The notes beneath the pieces were generated by a model, which saw nothing but the letters and a program-made list of their open reading frames with translations, did not search any database and was not told where the DNA came from. A stretch of DNA of 64,000 nt. Origin: Amoebidium appalachense. Its lineage: Eukaryota > Protista > Ichthyosporea. The stretch is taken from contig CAVNZM010000002.1 in NCBI GenBank assembly GCA_963693365.1, forward strand, positions 2,372,259 to 2,436,258, read 5' to 3'. Positions 1-37,006 of this stretch are shown in pieces. The position numbers and the translations under genes are program-made. Numbering within the stretch: the stretch's first letter is position 1; every line of letters starts with the position of its first letter.

Positions 1-319
1 TAAATGTTTCCGTGCTTTTATTAGAAGTTTCTTTCATTAGAGGATTGAGTTTTATATTCTAAATGTCGACAGACATTTTATTCGATATATTTTACACTCA
101 TAGTTTTCATTCTTTTGATTGGTTTATCGTTTCACATTCCCAAGTATAAAAGGGACCTCATCTTGAAATAAATCACAAGCAGTCGTATTCACTTCCTATG
201 GTTCCAGAAATCGTTCCTCCTCTCCGGTTGTGTTTTTCCCGTGTGTCTTTGTGTTGTGTTTTACATAACACCCATCTGTGCTCTCTGCTTCTCCGTTTAC
301 CCACACAAAATAACAGTCA

Positions 320-1580
320 TGCACCAGATGCTTCGTCAGGTGGATCAATGGTGCACCGAGAATCTCATGACAGTCGAAATTGCAAAGTGTGCTACTTTTT
401 CGATAAACGCTTCCTTTCGATTAGCCGGTCTTCCTATTCCTGTTCAGAGCACCTATGACTATTTGGGTATTCCTTTTACTGCACGGGGTATTGATTTCCG
501 CAAGCTCCTCACGGCACGGATCGCTCGTGCGAAGGGTAAGCTTCACATCCTATCAAATATATTTCAACGGGAGTCTGTGATACATTCTGCGAACCTTCTT
601 CATCTACTATAAAACTTTTTTACGGCCGATTTTCGAATATGGACATCCGCCATTGGCCTGCGCCCCACCTCGCGAGGCGGCCGTGGCGCTGAGAGAGTTC
701 GACGATTTTCAGGGTACTGCGCTGCACACTTTGTTTCGTACTCGGTTTGTGCCTCCCCTAATCAGTATGTTTGGATTGTCGTCTGCTGTTTGTCGTATGG
801 AGGAATTGTCTCTTCGTTTTTGTTTTCATTTAGTTAGGATACCTGATGGTCACCCTCTTTATGCTTTCTTTCCCCCCCCTCCCTCCATCCCTCTTCCCCC
901 CCGATTCACCAACGCTACTTCTGAATGTCCTCAGCCTACCCTCTTTCAACCTGATTCTTCCTCTCGCTATCTCACTCCCTCTTTCTTTTCTCTTCCTGTT
1001 TTTTCTGCCTTTTCGCGTTATTACCATACGCAGTATAAGTTTCTTTCTCGTTCTGATAGAGAAATCAAAGGTAAAACTCAGTCGGCATGTGTTATGTTCC
1101 TTAGGCAACACCGTACTGATCATTATCGCTTTTTGGGAGCTTTGGCAGGAGTTCTCCTGCTGTACGTATGGATACCACCCTAGTAGATACGTCTCTATGG
1201 TGCTCTGATGTTGATATTGCCTGGGAACTTGTTGTGCAGTGGCGCTGTAATTCTTGTTTTCATCGCCGCTGGTGCCACTTTTGTGCTGAACTTTTTAATT
1301 GTAAGCATGTTGATAGGTGTGAGTTTTTATGTCGCGTTTTACCTCTTTCCCTACGGGTGTCTGCTACACTAGCTGGCAATGTGAACACTTTAGACTTTTT
1401 GTTGAATTCTGTTGGTCGTCACATTGAGTATTTATATGATTTTCACACAGTGTTCAGGTATCTCAGTATGCACTTGTTACTGGATAACTCGTGAAGTTTT
1501 TATTGTCTTCTCAGTATGCTGTGCATATACTTGCATATCTTTCCGTCGAATAAATCCAGTCAAAAGAAAAAGAAAAAAAA
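320..1580 (+). mobile_element. 5'-truncated, frameshifted non-LTR retrotransposon (LINE) 3' portion: RT thumb, C-terminal zinc knuckle, 3' tail
   Basis: QMLRQVDQWC...IAKCATF...YDYLGIPF resembles the RT C-terminal/thumb region. A frameshift near 605 leads to YKTFLRPIFEYG (608-643), a typical LINE post-RT motif. A C-x2-C...H...C knuckle (WCHFCAELFNCKHVDRC) lies in ORF 1168-1494. The element ends AATAAATCCAGTC plus an A-rich tail. No YADD motif is visible, so it is 5'-truncated. Confidence 0.8.
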
Positions 1581-1691
1581 GTTTTTATTGTCTTCTCAGT
1601 ATGCCGTGCATACTTGCATATCTTTCCGTCGAATAAATCCAGTCAAAAGAAAAAAAATCTTTCCGTCGAATAAATCCAGTCAAAAGAAAAA
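1496..1691 (+). repeat. Tandemly reiterated LINE 3' end (3 copies of ATCTTTCCGTCGAATAAATCCAGTCAAAAGAAAA)
   Basis: Copies end at ~1580, ~1657 and ~1691. The second copy also repeats about 40 nt of upstream 3'UTR. Confidence 0.9.
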
Positions 1692-1696
1692 TTCAC

Positions 1697-2251
1697 TGTC
1701 ATAACGTCCCACAATCAACTCTGAATTTGTGAATGGGTCGTGACTCTCAGGTCCGGGTCATTTCCGGGTCAGAGGCCACAGAGGCCCAACTCCCTCTATC
1801 ATTACTTGGTAGCAGAGAAGGTACGATCCATGCGTACCTCTGGGTTGACCTGGCCTGGGAGCGAGCGCAGAGGCGTCAAAGACGTCGGGATGCCGTCTTC
1901 CAGACCGGGGAGATGTCATAACGTCCCACATGTAAAGAAGGCGATAGTCCTCCAATCAAAAGTCTTATCGGGATTCGAGTGATGGTCTGTCCCACAATCA
2001 CACCGGATTCTGGTTTCCCTGCGGTATATATAGGCTCGGGTCAGTCTGTCACTTGGTTGGGCTTTGGCCATATGACCCTCACGGGTCTGCCCTTCCACCC
2101 TTTTGACTCTCTGACCCGACCCGTATATATGTATACCGCAGGCCTTTATTAGACACAATCAACTCTGAATTTGTGAATGGGTCTTACTCTCAGGTCCGGG
2201 TCATTTCCCGGTCAGAGGCCACAGAGGCCCAACTCCCCGGCTATCTTTACT
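1697..2251 (+). mobile_element. Non-autonomous miniature LTR retrotransposon (TRIM-like)
   Basis: 5' LTR 1697-1806 and 3' LTR 1914-2251 both start TGTCATAACGTCCCACA and end ...TATC(A/T)TTACT. PBS TGGTAGCAGAG at 1807-1817 is complementary to the initiator tRNA-Met 3' end. PPT GGGGAGA lies at 1907-1913. Flanking direct repeat (T)TCAC at 1692-1696 and 2251-2255. Confidence 0.85.
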
Positions 2252-2937
2252 TCACCCGAGTCAGCTTCTTTGGATATCGATTGGCCAAAGGCGCACCCTT
2301 GTGAGCCACGTAATTTTTTTCTTTTGACTGCAGTCAACGCGGCTATCCACTGTATATCCACCAACCTCAACCTCCATCAGTCAGTCACCTCGCAAGTGCA
2401 CGGGCCTCGAACTGACTCGTCCTCAATGTGCACATTGTACATACACTGGGCTGCATCCATTCTTATGGATGCTACGATAACCGGTCTTTTTTTTGGGTTT
2501 TGTATCCTAATTTTTGAGGGCTCTTCGTCGGAGTACGCAGGGTGCCTCGTTTCCGAACCTCTCCACTCTGGCCAATATTATTATATCCGTCTGGAGATAG
2601 CTTTTTCGGCATTTTGGGATACTGGACTCCGGCTCATTTTTGCCGTGACTGCAGCTGACAGAGCCTCGGTACGTGAGCAGTCAAGAAAAAACTTCGAGAG
2701 GGACACTCTAAAGCCTCCGCTGCATCATTCTGAACTCATCACACACGGGTTGGAAGAAAGACGTTGAAGGAGGAACAGAGTCGTTTTGTAGCAGTTTTTT
2801 TGTCTTTTTCCCGACACTCGTGAACGTGTCTTTCTCCTAGTTGAAAAAGCAGTTTCGTCGTTTTGGTTTTTTATCATCTTGGAGTGAAAGAGTGACTGTA
2901 CGGTTCCGTGGTATCCCACGTCAGATATCTTAGCAGC

Positions 2938-11157
<8,220 letters not shown>

Positions 11158-11161
11158 TCCA

Positions 11162-11192
<31 letters not shown>

Positions 11193-11281
11193 CCACCACT
11201 AATACCACCACGTGTACCACGCTCGCGAGGGTATGTGTGTGTGCGACAGGCACACTGTTCACACACACATGCACACGTGCG

Positions 11282-11411
<130 letters not shown>

Positions 11412-12010
11412 CACACTCACACTCACACTCACATTCACACTCAAACACACACACACACACACACACACGCACAGCAGTGTATGCGAGCATTCTCAGAGGC
11501 ATACCTGCACGCCCATTTGCACATATACATGTGGGCTATATCACGATCCATATGTTGACTGTGCAAATTTGTTTTGGAAACCTACGGGCATTTTAGGCAA
11601 TACGGCATACACGTTACAGCGCTGGAAGGATAGATATCTTGGACAAATCCTACATACGTGCAGTTGGTAACTAATAATTATGTAATTAGCTGCTACAAGT
11701 TGTAGCAAGCACATGCATATAAATGATTGGCAAAGGTGTTTTATATTTGATATGTCAACATATGTAGTCGCACGAAACGATTGCGACAGAAGCTGCTGTG
11801 CATGATATATACCATGTCACAATATCATGCGGTAGGTAGCCCAGGAATATGAGCAGTGTGCCCATGCTGGCCATTTGGGCACGTGCACTTGTAAATTAAT
11901 GCACATCCTAGGAAAACTTTGGAAAAGGCTGTCAGACGTAACAAATTGCTTCTCAAAAGGTCAAATCGATTCAAATGGGTCTCTATGAATTTGTAGCGAC
12001 CCACTGGCTG

Positions 12011-12046
<36 letters not shown>

Positions 12047-12112
12047 TCTCTCGCTCTCAAAAAAACGCCTCCACGTACACACTGCACACACACACACTCA
12101 CACACACACACA

Positions 12113-12230
<118 letters not shown>

Positions 12231-13049
12231 CACACACATACACACGTGCACGTGCACGCATCCGATCGAAAACTTTGCTGGGGGCCCATGGGACCCACCC
12301 GGCCGGTGAAATCAGAAAAGAGAGGGAAGCTCTGCCATTGGAAGAAAATAATTTAAACATCTATATAAAAGCTCTACATCTTTTTAATTGGTAAAATGGC
12401 TACTCAAATCAGGTTCTCTGAGCGTCACCGCCTGGAGGTGTACATCCGCGGGGGCAAAAGGAAATACTGTGTTAGGACCGCAAAAACACCAACTACTAGT
12501 AGCCTATATGGCGGATACGGTTAGAGAGTCTCGTTCCTACATAGATTCGTTTAATCGTAATGTGGTGTGGTGTAAAAACGCAAAGATGATTATGGCTTGA
12601 CGGTGTAATCGGTTTCTGGTGTCTCCTGCTCGTATGTGTAATATGTGTGGGGGGCGGTTTACTCGCGGATGCATATCTATCAATAAGTGTAACCTGTGTG
12701 GTTAGCTAACGTTATAACGGAAATATGTCGCAAGAGATCAGTGAACTTAGCATTTTTTCTAGTCTCCAAGGCTGTGCACCCACTGGCTTATGAGGGAGCC
12801 CCTACGTAATAGAACCGGAGGTTATTGGCGGTTTTATTCTCTTTTCTCCCTCTCTTCCTCAATATATCCGTTTTAAGATGACTATCCTAGATCACCTTAT
12901 TAATGCTGCACAGTATGATATTGTGATCCGGTGCCTTAATCTTTCGGAGCTACCGGTGTTCCGCGAAGTGTACACACAGCTGGGCCGGCCGCGGATCCGG
13001 ACAGGGAGTTGAGCACTACTAGTTGCACTATGTACATGTAGTTTTTGTC

Positions 13050-13371
<322 letters not shown>

Positions 13372-13657
13372 TCTTTCCCCGACTGGTTATGTAGAGTCGC
13401 CGTGGCCAGCCTGGGGGAAATATTCTCCGAACGTGTGTGTGTGTGTGTGTGTGTGTGTGATGGACCAGTGGTGGTGGTGGGGTGGGAGGGGGGGGATGGC
13501 TAGAACTCATGAATGGGTATCCAGGAGTATGTTGTGATGCTGCTGTATAAAAAGTGTCGTCTAACACTGTTAGAGAACAGGTTCGAACACGGAGGGCGCT
13601 GAAAAACACACATTCCCGTGCATACCAAGCGATTACTATTGTCACAATCGATATTTA

Positions 13658-13793
13658 GAGAAAAAAGAGAAAATCGCTGCCAGAGGTTATTCTATATAAT
13701 TTTATCAACTAATGTAAGTGCTAATGAGAAAAAAGAGAAAATCGCTGCCAGAGGTTATTCTATATAATTTTATCAACCAATGTAAGTGCAAAT
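13658..13793. repeat. 68-bp tandem duplication downstream of SMC2
   Basis: GAGAAAAAAGAGAAAATCGCTGCCAGAGGTTATTCTATATAATTTTATCAAC... at 13658 and 13726. Confidence 0.9.
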
Positions 13794-14148
13794 GCAGACT
13801 AATAACCCACACACGAACAAACGGCGAGCTCTAGAAAGTCAATATCTCGATTCACACCTAGTATTATGGCCATGTGACGTACCATAGCCAAGCGTAGGTG
13901 CATTGCCACAACCAGTTATAAGCGTCCTTTCGGATCAAACTACCCATGTGTGAAACTAACACAAAACCTATTGTAGTAGCCATATTGGCCCCATTAAAAA
14001 AAATACTCCATCGTCGTGAGATGTCATAGAAATATGCCCACAACATATTGCAGGTTCACACACTTGCCCCCCCCCCCCCCCCCCCCCCCACCCCCACCAC
14101 CACCACCACCACCACCAACCCCAAACACTCTCACACACAGCACATTCT

Positions 14149-29439
<15,291 letters not shown>

Positions 29440-29493
29440 GTTCGCTCCTCTAAGTGGGCTTTTGCCCTCTGTTTAAGTTGGGTGTGTTTTTTT

Positions 29494-29876
29494 TTCAAAA
29501 GACTTGCGTGTTTCCGACGGAAGTTGTTGTGGTCTTACGTAAAGAATGAAAGACGCGACTTTTTCTTCGCAATACCAAAAAAAAAATTGTAAATACAAGT
29601 CATAACTACTACATTAACACCTAAAGCTTCGAAATAGCATAGTTTATATAGGCTTTACTAAGAAAAGGATGGGTGCTTGATACTTGATAGTGTACATACA
29701 ACTTGCTTGCTTTCTGGGGGTGTGCCGTCTGCCTGTGCACGGCGGTTGGGACCGGAGCGATTCAAACAGAAGTTTCAACCAATCAAATCTCCTAATTTAA
29801 CCGCCAAATCGGCCAAAATTCAGTCACCAATCAGATTGCTGGAGCCGTCCGCGACGGTTTTTTTCTTGAATTCAAA
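29494..29876 (-). promoter_or_regulatory. Putative SMC2 promoter with CHR-like TTTGAA, CCAAT boxes and an E2F-like site
   Basis: Minus-strand TTTGAA at 29494-29499, 29761-29766 and 29871-29876; CCAAT at 29779-29783 and 29827-29831; minus-strand TTTGGCGG at 29801-29808. Confidence 0.4.
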
Positions 29877-30353
29877 GTACAGTACTCGACTGTCAGATGT
29901 CAGACTCTGAGTCCTGTTGTGAACACCAATATGGATCCCCGCAATTCCCATCCTCCTTCAATAGCATATGTGTGTGGGCGGCAAGGCCTTCTCAGTAGCA
30001 CTACAGGCCTTGGTTTGCGGCCTCAGCAGGTTGCTGGCTGCACTGCAGAAGTCCAGTCGATGGTTCAGTCTTCTGCTACCCTCTTAATTTGCAAGTAAAC
30101 TTTCCCTCATTTTCTACCTGTTTGCCGGTACCTGCACGGGCGTATATGGGCTTTGGTCGGTTTGTCAATGGTTACCTGTTCTGCGCTTTCTCTGCTCATG
30201 TTTCCCTCATCCCCCCTCAACCCCCCCCCCCCCCCCCCCCCGCCCTCCCCCCCTTCCCCCCCCCTCCCTCCCCCTGTGTCTCTCTCTCTGTCTCCTTCTC
30301 TCTCTCTCTCTCTCTCTCTCTCCCTCTCTCCCTCTCTCTCTCTCTCTCTCTCC

Positions 30354-30396
<43 letters not shown>

Positions 30397-30403
30397 CCCC
30401 CCC

Positions 30404-30450
<47 letters not shown>

Positions 30451-30529
30451 CTCTTTCCCCCTTTTCCCTGTGTCCCTTTCTCTCACGCTCCCCCCCCCCC
30501 CTCCTCCGTCCACCAACCCCCACCATTAC

Positions 30530-30562
<33 letters not shown>

Positions 30563-30869
30563 CCAACCACCCAACAGCTTCATGGGCTTCCCTCATGCTC
30601 CCTCCCAGCCCCCCCCCTCCACACACACACACACACACATGCTTGCACAGCACCACCATCACCACACCCGTCCTTGCCCAACAAACACAGTGCCCGCACA
30701 CACACACGTACATACACAAGAATTACACTATTACCTCCCTTATTGTTGATTCTTTTAGTTTTCTTCGTATTATTCCATCTTTGCCACGTAATTTCCTGGT
30801 TTTCTCCCTCCCCCCCCTCCCCCCCCCCCCCCCCCGAGATCTCCTTCCACAGACACACTCATACAAAGC

Positions 30870-30918
<49 letters not shown>

Positions 30919-31149
30919 AGTGACACAGGACACAGTACACGTGCACACCCCACAAACTTTATCCACACACAACTGGGACCCCGGCCCGGGCTATTTTTCA
31001 CAGCTTCACGTGAAATAAAATGGAGCCTGGCAGGGCCAGAGTTATACTTCATGCGGAACACCGCATCATGATCTTATTCAATATATGGTGGCTTTTTTCA
31101 AAGTTTTTTTATTTTTTTACCGGAATCTTGTTTCATATATTTTATTTAG

Positions 31150-31189
<40 letters not shown>

Positions 31190-31217
31190 TTGTTGTTGCT
31201 GTCTGGGGGAGGGAGCT

Positions 31218-31262
<45 letters not shown>

Positions 31263-32811
31263 ATTTTTGGAGAGGTCGAATGTCTTTGAGGTTGTGTGGA
31301 GGGGTGGTCATGTGTGTGTAGGTGTGTGTGCGTGTGCGTGTGTTAGGGGGAGGGGGGGGGGGGGGGGGTGGACGTGGGGGACGTGGGGGGTATACTCGAA
31401 GGGGCGACTGTTACATTTGGCCCTTTCATATGATCGATATACAAACTTTATCGACTTGCAGAACGTGATTTCTACCAAACCAGGCATGTGTACGGTATGT
31501 CTGTTATCATTTCTAAATTGTGTTATGGTAGAAAGTGACCGAGGCTAATGTTACCAATATCAAGGTTTACCGGGCATCGTAGTGTGGGCTCCGTGACAAC
31601 GTATGGACACTGAAGGTTTAGCCTAATTTTTTGATTTGCGTATACAAGCCTCTACATATTCTGGACTTCTTGGGCCGAAGAAATCAACAGACCTGTGAGT
31701 TTACTATATTAAAAGCGACACGTAGCTGGCCATGGGTTGATCCTGTACAAGCTTCGAAAGTTTTCTTTCAAAGTTCCTGCTACCGTGTCTGCTATTGTGA
31801 AAGTAACTAGGCAAAAACATTACTGATGTTATTTTGGCCGCGTCTGACACTCGTCTGAGTCATCGATCATGCTTCCTGCCATTTATTATATCCCCCTTCC
31901 CGCTTCCCCTCCCCCTCCCCTTCCTCCTCCCCCCCCCCCCCCCCCCCCCCCCCCCCGGGCCCCCTCCTCCTCCTCCGTAGACTAGTCCCCTGCACGTTTT
32001 CCGAGCAATCCACCACCCCACCCCCGTTCCTCGGCCATACGGCCCTCCTCCACATGTGCCCCCCGCTTTCCCTAGAAAGTTTAACCCTCAATGAATTGTG
32101 AATACAAGCTTAGGCTGACGGCCGGGGGATTCTGTTGTTGTGTTGGACTTTTGACCACTCATGAATGGCCATGGGCCTATAACCTCCGATGTGATCATGC
32201 CTTCCCGGCGTCCCCTCAGCCAGGCCTACATACAGCTGTTACATCCAGGTATAGGTGTTTCGAACTACGCCCCCCCTTTATGACCCCCCCCCCCCCCCCC
32301 CCCTTCCCCGGCCCCCCTCCCCCCCCTCCCCCCTCCCCCCCAAATAATAGCAATAATAATCATTTGAATTGGAGGTTTATACACTTTTTATGCCGTAGGC
32401 AAAACCATTCCTGTCGGTTCGTCCTGGCTGCCCGTGAAGCTTGACACATGGAAAACTTATGTGAACAGCAAGTGAGGAGATTTATTCGTGGGTGTAAACA
32501 CTGCATATAATAACACAAATAAATTTTTAAACTTAAAACTTAAAACTTTAATTTAAAACGCCACCACCGTGTGTGTGGTGTGTGTGTTGTGTGTGTGTGT
32601 GTGTATGTGTGTGTATGTGTGTGCGTGTGTGTGGATGCACTATACCTAGCCAAGGGAACAGCAAATCCAACCACAATGGCCGGAGATATTGCCCCCTTAT
32701 ACCTATCTAGGATGGGAGGGTGGGAACGAAAACACAGCACAAAGAAGTAGACGCTATTCAGTCATCGAAAGGAGGTTGTGCTGTTTAACAAGACAGCCAC
32801 CAAACCCAACA

Positions 32812-33300
32812 CAGGGATCGAAATTCCCACAAAAAAGTTTGGGAATTTCCCAACCTTTTTTTTCCGGATTCCCGAAGAACCTCCGGGGATTGGGGGGGGG
32901 AGGGAGGGGCAGAGTGGGGGGGAGGGGGGAGGGGGGGAGGGGGGGATTCGAGTGAGTAAAGTGGACTGTGCACGTGGGTGAATATTGGTGCCCATGGCCA
33001 GCATGGCCCGGGGGGGGTGGGGGGACGGGGGAGGACGTTGTTGAGGGGGGAGGCCGGAAGGGGGAGGGGGGAGTTTGCGGGCCGTAAGTGGGCATCACAG
33101 TGGGTCGACACGGCCTTAGGGGCGAAGATCTAGAGGGGGTAGGGGAGTACAGGGAGGGGGGCCGTGATCATGACCGTTTGTTTGCACGCCCAGGCCTACC
33201 TGTGCAAGAATTTTCCCAAAGCTTTTCCCAAAGTTTTTTTGGCAAATCCCAAACAATTTGGACCCTACCCCAAAGTTCCAAAAACAGAAATCGAACCCTG
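32812..33300. mobile_element. Possible old hAT-like non-autonomous DNA transposon
   Basis: Imperfect terminal inverted repeats CAGGGATCGAAATT / reverse complement CAGGGTTCGATTTC, with subterminal TTCCCAA-type repeats. No clean 8-bp TSD. Confidence 0.3.
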
Positions 33301-33480
33301 CACACACACATGTATACACACACATATACACACACAACACACCTGCCGTGCACACGCACGCACACACGCACACACACACACACCCCGTGCAGTCACAAAA
33401 GCGCACACAGACGCGCTGCGCCAGCGCGCACCGTAAACACACACCGTATAAGCCGAGACTCGGGGGGGGGGGGGGGGGGG

Positions 33481-33547
<67 letters not shown>

Positions 33548-33702
33548 TCGGAGAGAGGGAGGGAGAGACAGAGAGGGAGGGAAAGGAGAGAGAGAGAGAC
33601 TCCAGGGGGGGGGGGGGGGGGGGGAGTGTGTGTGTGTGTGTGTCAAATTGATTCGACCGAGTTTGGGCCCACATCGCTGTGGGTGGAACCCACTAGATCG
33701 TT

Positions 33703-33863
33703 TATAATAATAATAATCATTAAAAAATATTAATAACAATAATATAGTAATAATAGCCTAATAATAATAATAATAATGATAACATCATGATTAATTGAAT
33801 ATGATAACAATAATAATGATAATAATAATAGTAATAGTAATAGTAATAATAATAATACTATAA
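33703..33863. repeat. (TAA)n-rich microsatellite
   Basis: Degenerate AAT/TAA repeats. Confidence 0.85.
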
Positions 33864-34236
33864 TGACTTAGTTAGTAAGTAACCTAATTGCAGCCTATTG
33901 AATGACGAAACTTTCATTATTCGAACATTTTTGCAAGTATTCAAGGCCTTATTCCTGTATTTCGCGGGTTTCCTACTAGAGCTCGGTTATAACTAAAGGC
34001 AAGAAAAGTTGCTGCAGCTGCTAGTATTGATTGCATTATTGAGTTAAGCCGCTGGCAATTCACGTGACCTCCCAAGTTCACATGCCGAGTCAAACCAGCG
34101 TGTCCCCCCCTCCCCCTCCCCTCCCCCCCCCCCCCTCCCCCCCCCCCACCCCCCCCCCCTCCCCTTTCCCCCCAAGGGATTCTTGATTTTGAAACGGGGA
34201 CTCTGGGAGGTAGTGTGGGGGGGTGGGTTGGGTGCT

Positions 34237-34272
<36 letters not shown>

Positions 34273-34945
34273 CCCTCCGGCTAGCAGGGGCCTAATGGGG
34301 GTCAGGGGACCCACCACCCACCTGAGTAGGTGGTTCCCCCCCCCCCCCCCCCCCCCCTCCCCCCAGGGTTGGGAAGCCCGGGACCCACCCACCCCATAGG
34401 CTGCCATCATGTGCCTATATCAGATGACCTGATGTATCATAATACCATAATTTGGCAGCGGTTTACATTTATTGCCAAAATGTTAACAGTGAGGCTACCT
34501 TATAGGAGTCCTTACCACCTGAAACTCAGGATAAATGCCATACGGTCACTTTCCTCTCCCCACGTCCCCTCCCCCCTCCGCCTCCTCCCTCCCTCTCCCC
34601 CCGGGCCCTGGTCCCCCCCCCCCCCCCCCCCCCCCCCCTTGCTCTTGTCACCAGTTGCGCACCGCGCGCGCACACACACACACACCGTTCCGATTTGACT
34701 CACACGTAAATGTACCTCAGCCGGCGCCGGCGCACACATGTACCACATACGCACACGAGGTGCACAAACTTTGACCAAATTTGTTCGACAAGCGGGTACC
34801 CGACATGCACATGAACATGCAGATACACAAACCCACACCACACCAGCATACATTCCCCACCACACAGATATGCACTGTGACATGAACCTGCACGGTCAGC
34901 ACGATAACCTTGCCCCCAATACTCACAATGATTAGTTGGCCGTTG

Positions 34946-34976
<31 letters not shown>

Positions 34977-35026
34977 CACGGTGTGTGCCACGTGTGTGTA
35001 TGTATGTGTGTTTGTGCGAGTCACGG

Positions 35027-35058
<32 letters not shown>

Positions 35059-35511
35059 CGTGTGTGTGTGTGCGCGTGTGTGCGTGTGTCACATTGGGTG
35101 CCATGTGCGCGCACGTTGACTTGTGTGACGTGTGCGCGAATGTGTGCACGTGGGCACGTGCACCAATAATATATCAATCACTACAGGAATTCAGTAAATG
35201 AGCAGGGTGACTGAGTCTCAGAGGGAGGGCATGGGAGGGAGGGAGTGCCACTGTGGGGGAAGATTTGAGAAGGGCGGGGAGGGAGGGGGGAGGGGGGGGG
35301 ATAAGGGGGGGGGGGGGGGGAGCTCGAGGGCGGGGGGGGAAAGCCTTAGGGGGGAGAACGGGGGGGGGGGGGGGTAGAAAAGTTTAAAATAATCGGCAGC
35401 ACATATATGCTCCGGACAACACAAACTTCAAGCAGACCCGGGCAAAGAACACACAGAGTATACATCCGGCCGCTGAGAAGAGTACCAACACGAAGGGTTG
35501 GGAAATGTCAC

Positions 35512-35563
<52 letters not shown>

Positions 35564-35626
35564 CGCGCGCGCGCACGTGTGTGTGTATGTGTGTGTGTGC
35601 GTGTGTTTTTGTGTTGCGTGTGCCAC

Positions 35627-35756
<130 letters not shown>

Positions 35757-36188
35757 ACGGTAGGGGGGTTGGGGGTGGGGGGGGGGGGGGGTGGAGGGAG
35801 GGGAGGAGGGAGGGATATGATCAACAGCCAAAGCGGAAGCATTAATGGGCCAACAAGAAAAAAGAAAACTTGATAACTTATGATAAAAAATAGGGTTAGT
35901 AGTAATACATAATAATAATAATAAGAAGAAGAAGAAGAATAAGAATAATAATATTGAATAATAATAATAGTAATAATTCGGAAAAACAAAATCGTCGCAA
36001 ATACCACCCATTTGGTGAGTCAAAAAGAGACTCTGGCCATGCATGTTACGAACACACGCGCTGGCGACAGGGGGAAAGGGAGGGTGGCGGCAGCTGCGGC
36101 GTGGTGGTGGTGGTGGTGGTGGGGGGGGAGGGGGAGGGGGGAGGGGGGGGGGGGGGGGACCCACCACCCCACTCGCCCAGGTGGGTCC

Positions 36189-36220
<32 letters not shown>

Positions 36221-37006
36221 CCCTCCCCCCCCCGACCATTCAATTCAAGTCCACATAGACGACCCAATGATTAGTCCTAAGATTGCTGCTCTCTTCTTCG
36301 TTTTTGCCCTTTCCTCCTTTCTTTGCGTGTGCCTGTGCCACAGCTGTGCTGTACACTTTTCTTTGGTGTCCAGCGATTAATCACTCTAGTACCCATTCGT
36401 AGTTATTTCGGTATATGTTGAGTATGAATAATTGGTAGGCCTCAAAGGAGCAGGCAATAGAAATGCAAGAAGTGCCCTCCGACGGTAACGACCTCTAGCA
36501 GTCATTAGTGGCAGTATCTTTTTATCTTTTTTAGCACCTTTATTCACCGGCTTACACACTGAGGACCACCCACATGAATCCCAAAAAGCGTACTTTCAGA
36601 TAAAACATAGGGCAACCTTAATGATAATTAAGCTTTTGGCTTAGCAGTAATGCAAGTAATAAACGAGTGTTATGCTAACGTGCACGTCACAGACAGCTAT
36701 GGTAGCTCAGTCACAACCGCTGTACAGTGTTCAGTGCACTACTTGAACAGCTGCTCCACCCTCAATTCACTCTGTCAATATCACGTACAGTACTTGGCCG
36801 GGCTGGCCAGGACATCTTCTCAAGCTTTGCCATCATACGTGGGGGGCATCACGCATCCCTCCTGGTCATAAGCAAAAGTTTTAAACATCATGTGCAAAAA
36901 GATTGTAAAACGGAAGTACAAAAACCCAGACTTCGACCCTCCTACAGCGCATAATACATGATGCTCAGTGGGACCAGTTCTTGTGTGTTGAGTCCCCCCT
37001 AATGGG

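Noticed and set aside
2177-2767. 196-aa ORF upstream of UBXN6
   Set aside because: It begins inside the LTR, has no recognisable domain, and probably runs through promoter sequence.
29932-30095. Possible first exon of a gene divergent from SMC2
   Set aside because: No recognisable protein and no convincing downstream exons.
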